A stretch of DNA of 64,000 bases. Origin: Desulfobacteraceae bacterium (GTDB taxonomy: Bacteria; Desulfobacterota; Desulfobacteria; Desulfobacterales; Desulfatirhabdiaceae). Positions within the stretch are counted from its first letter, which is position 1; each line of letters starts with the position of its first letter. Both the position numbers and the translations under genes were made by a program. The notes below the pieces were generated by a model that had not been told where the DNA came from, ran no database searches, and saw nothing but the letters and a program-made list of their open reading frames with translations. Below, piece by piece: positions 63,605-64,000 of the stretch. Where the stretch lies: assembly GCA_037442625.1 (NCBI GenBank), contig JBBIPX010000001.1:2499-66498 (forward strand), in the 5' to 3' direction.

Positions 63605-64000
63605 CGGTCAGTCTCACTATTCCCAAGGATTGAATTCGAATACTGGATAAAATGTCATTATAGGACAGTACCACCAGGTTCGGGATAAACCGGTCCACCA
63701 GCTTTCTTAAATGCAATCTGATCTGCGCTGAACACAGGATGATCGGCTGAAGGTTCAGCGCGGTGAATTTGTCAAGGTTTCGGGCGATCTGCTTGATGAT
63801 TTTCTGGGTAATCTCGGGCTCGATGGACAGAAAACTGCCCTGGGCGCCCTGCTGGAGGGACTGCAGCATCAGGTTTTCAATGGCATGATCCATGGTCATC
63901 AGCGTGAGGGATCCTTCCGCAGAGACATACTGCCGGGTGATGGTCCGGGCCAGACCATGGCGGGCATATTCGGTCAGCATGTCCAGATCCTTTGTCACCG
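63594..64000 (-). CDS. flhA: Flagellar export gate protein FlhA (C-terminal end only; gene continues beyond the window)
   Basis: ...LQPIILCSAQIRLHLRKLVDRFIPNLVVLSYNDILSSIRIQSLGIV is the conserved FlhA C-terminus. The frame is open to the window edge and overlaps the flhF start by 11 nt. Confidence 0.85.
   Translation of the reverse strand, partial: VTKDLDMLTEYARHGLARTITRQYVSAEGSLTLMTMDHAIENLMLQSLQQGAQGSFLSIEPEITQKIIKQIARNLDKFTALNLQPIILCSAQIRLHLRKLVDRFIPNLVVLSYNDILSSIRIQSLGIVRLTDAD

Overview
The window is chromosomal DNA from a moderately GC-rich, motile bacterium. The gene content suggests a Desulfobacterota/deltaproteobacterial-type anaerobe, but that is inference only. I recognised no rRNA, tRNA, CRISPR array, transposase or integrase.

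**1-21.6 kb: housekeeping and envelope genes**
- A partial GT2 glycosyltransferase, a B12-radical-SAM gene and a PaaI thioesterase.
- A five-gene Liv-type ABC transporter.
- guaB, dnaE, manC and a DegT-type aminotransferase.
- A LysM protein, ald, an EamA transporter, a TIM-barrel gene next to cbiB, and a secreted FnIII/FG-GAP protein.

**21.6-22.7 kb: the only large non-coding stretch**
- A consensus sigma-54 promoter feeds a c-di-GMP-I (GEMM-I) riboswitch in the leader of the FnIII/FG-GAP gene.
- Upstream of it lies a strikingly AT-rich, palindrome-rich block.
- A truncated CoA-transferase gene remnant butts against the 3' end of sucA.

**22.7-33 kb**
- A tightly coupled operon of unclear logic: SagB-type dehydrogenase, beta-CASP MBL hydrolase, alpha/beta hydrolase and an orphan 2-oxoglutarate dehydrogenase E1.
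- A candidate about 100-nt sRNA with a near-consensus sigma-70 promoter and a strong intrinsic terminator.
- tpx, ihfA and small unknowns.
- A radical SAM gene with a CX4CX2C cluster motif.

**33-64 kb: a motility supercluster**
- A sigma-54 promoter precedes a low-complexity membrane protein and an SLT transglycosylase.
- A YcgR-like PilZ protein and an FlrBC-like two-component system follow.
- cheW has a near-consensus sigma-28 promoter.
- About 24 kb of co-directional minus-strand genes then runs flhA-flhF-flhG-fliA-(2 unknowns)-flgFGAHI-flgJ(rod-binding only)-flgMN-cheA-cheR-cheD-HDOD-cheY-cheX-cheB-flgK-(PilZ-like?)-motAB-flgL-(secreted repeat protein)-(degenerate CheD)-(small Cys protein).

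**Most interesting leads**
- A CheA whose P2 region is replaced by a tandem MshEN-like (c-di-GMP-binding type) motif pair, and which carries an unknown 250-aa N-terminal extension.
- A catalytically dead CheD paralogue in a three-gene appendix to the flagellar operon.
- FlhF fused to an Ada-like zinc ribbon.
- The sigma-54 plus riboswitch dual control.
- The orphan sRNA.
- The orphan-E1 operon.

All promoter, RNA and domain calls come from reading the sequence and from remembered consensus motifs. None has been checked by search tools.
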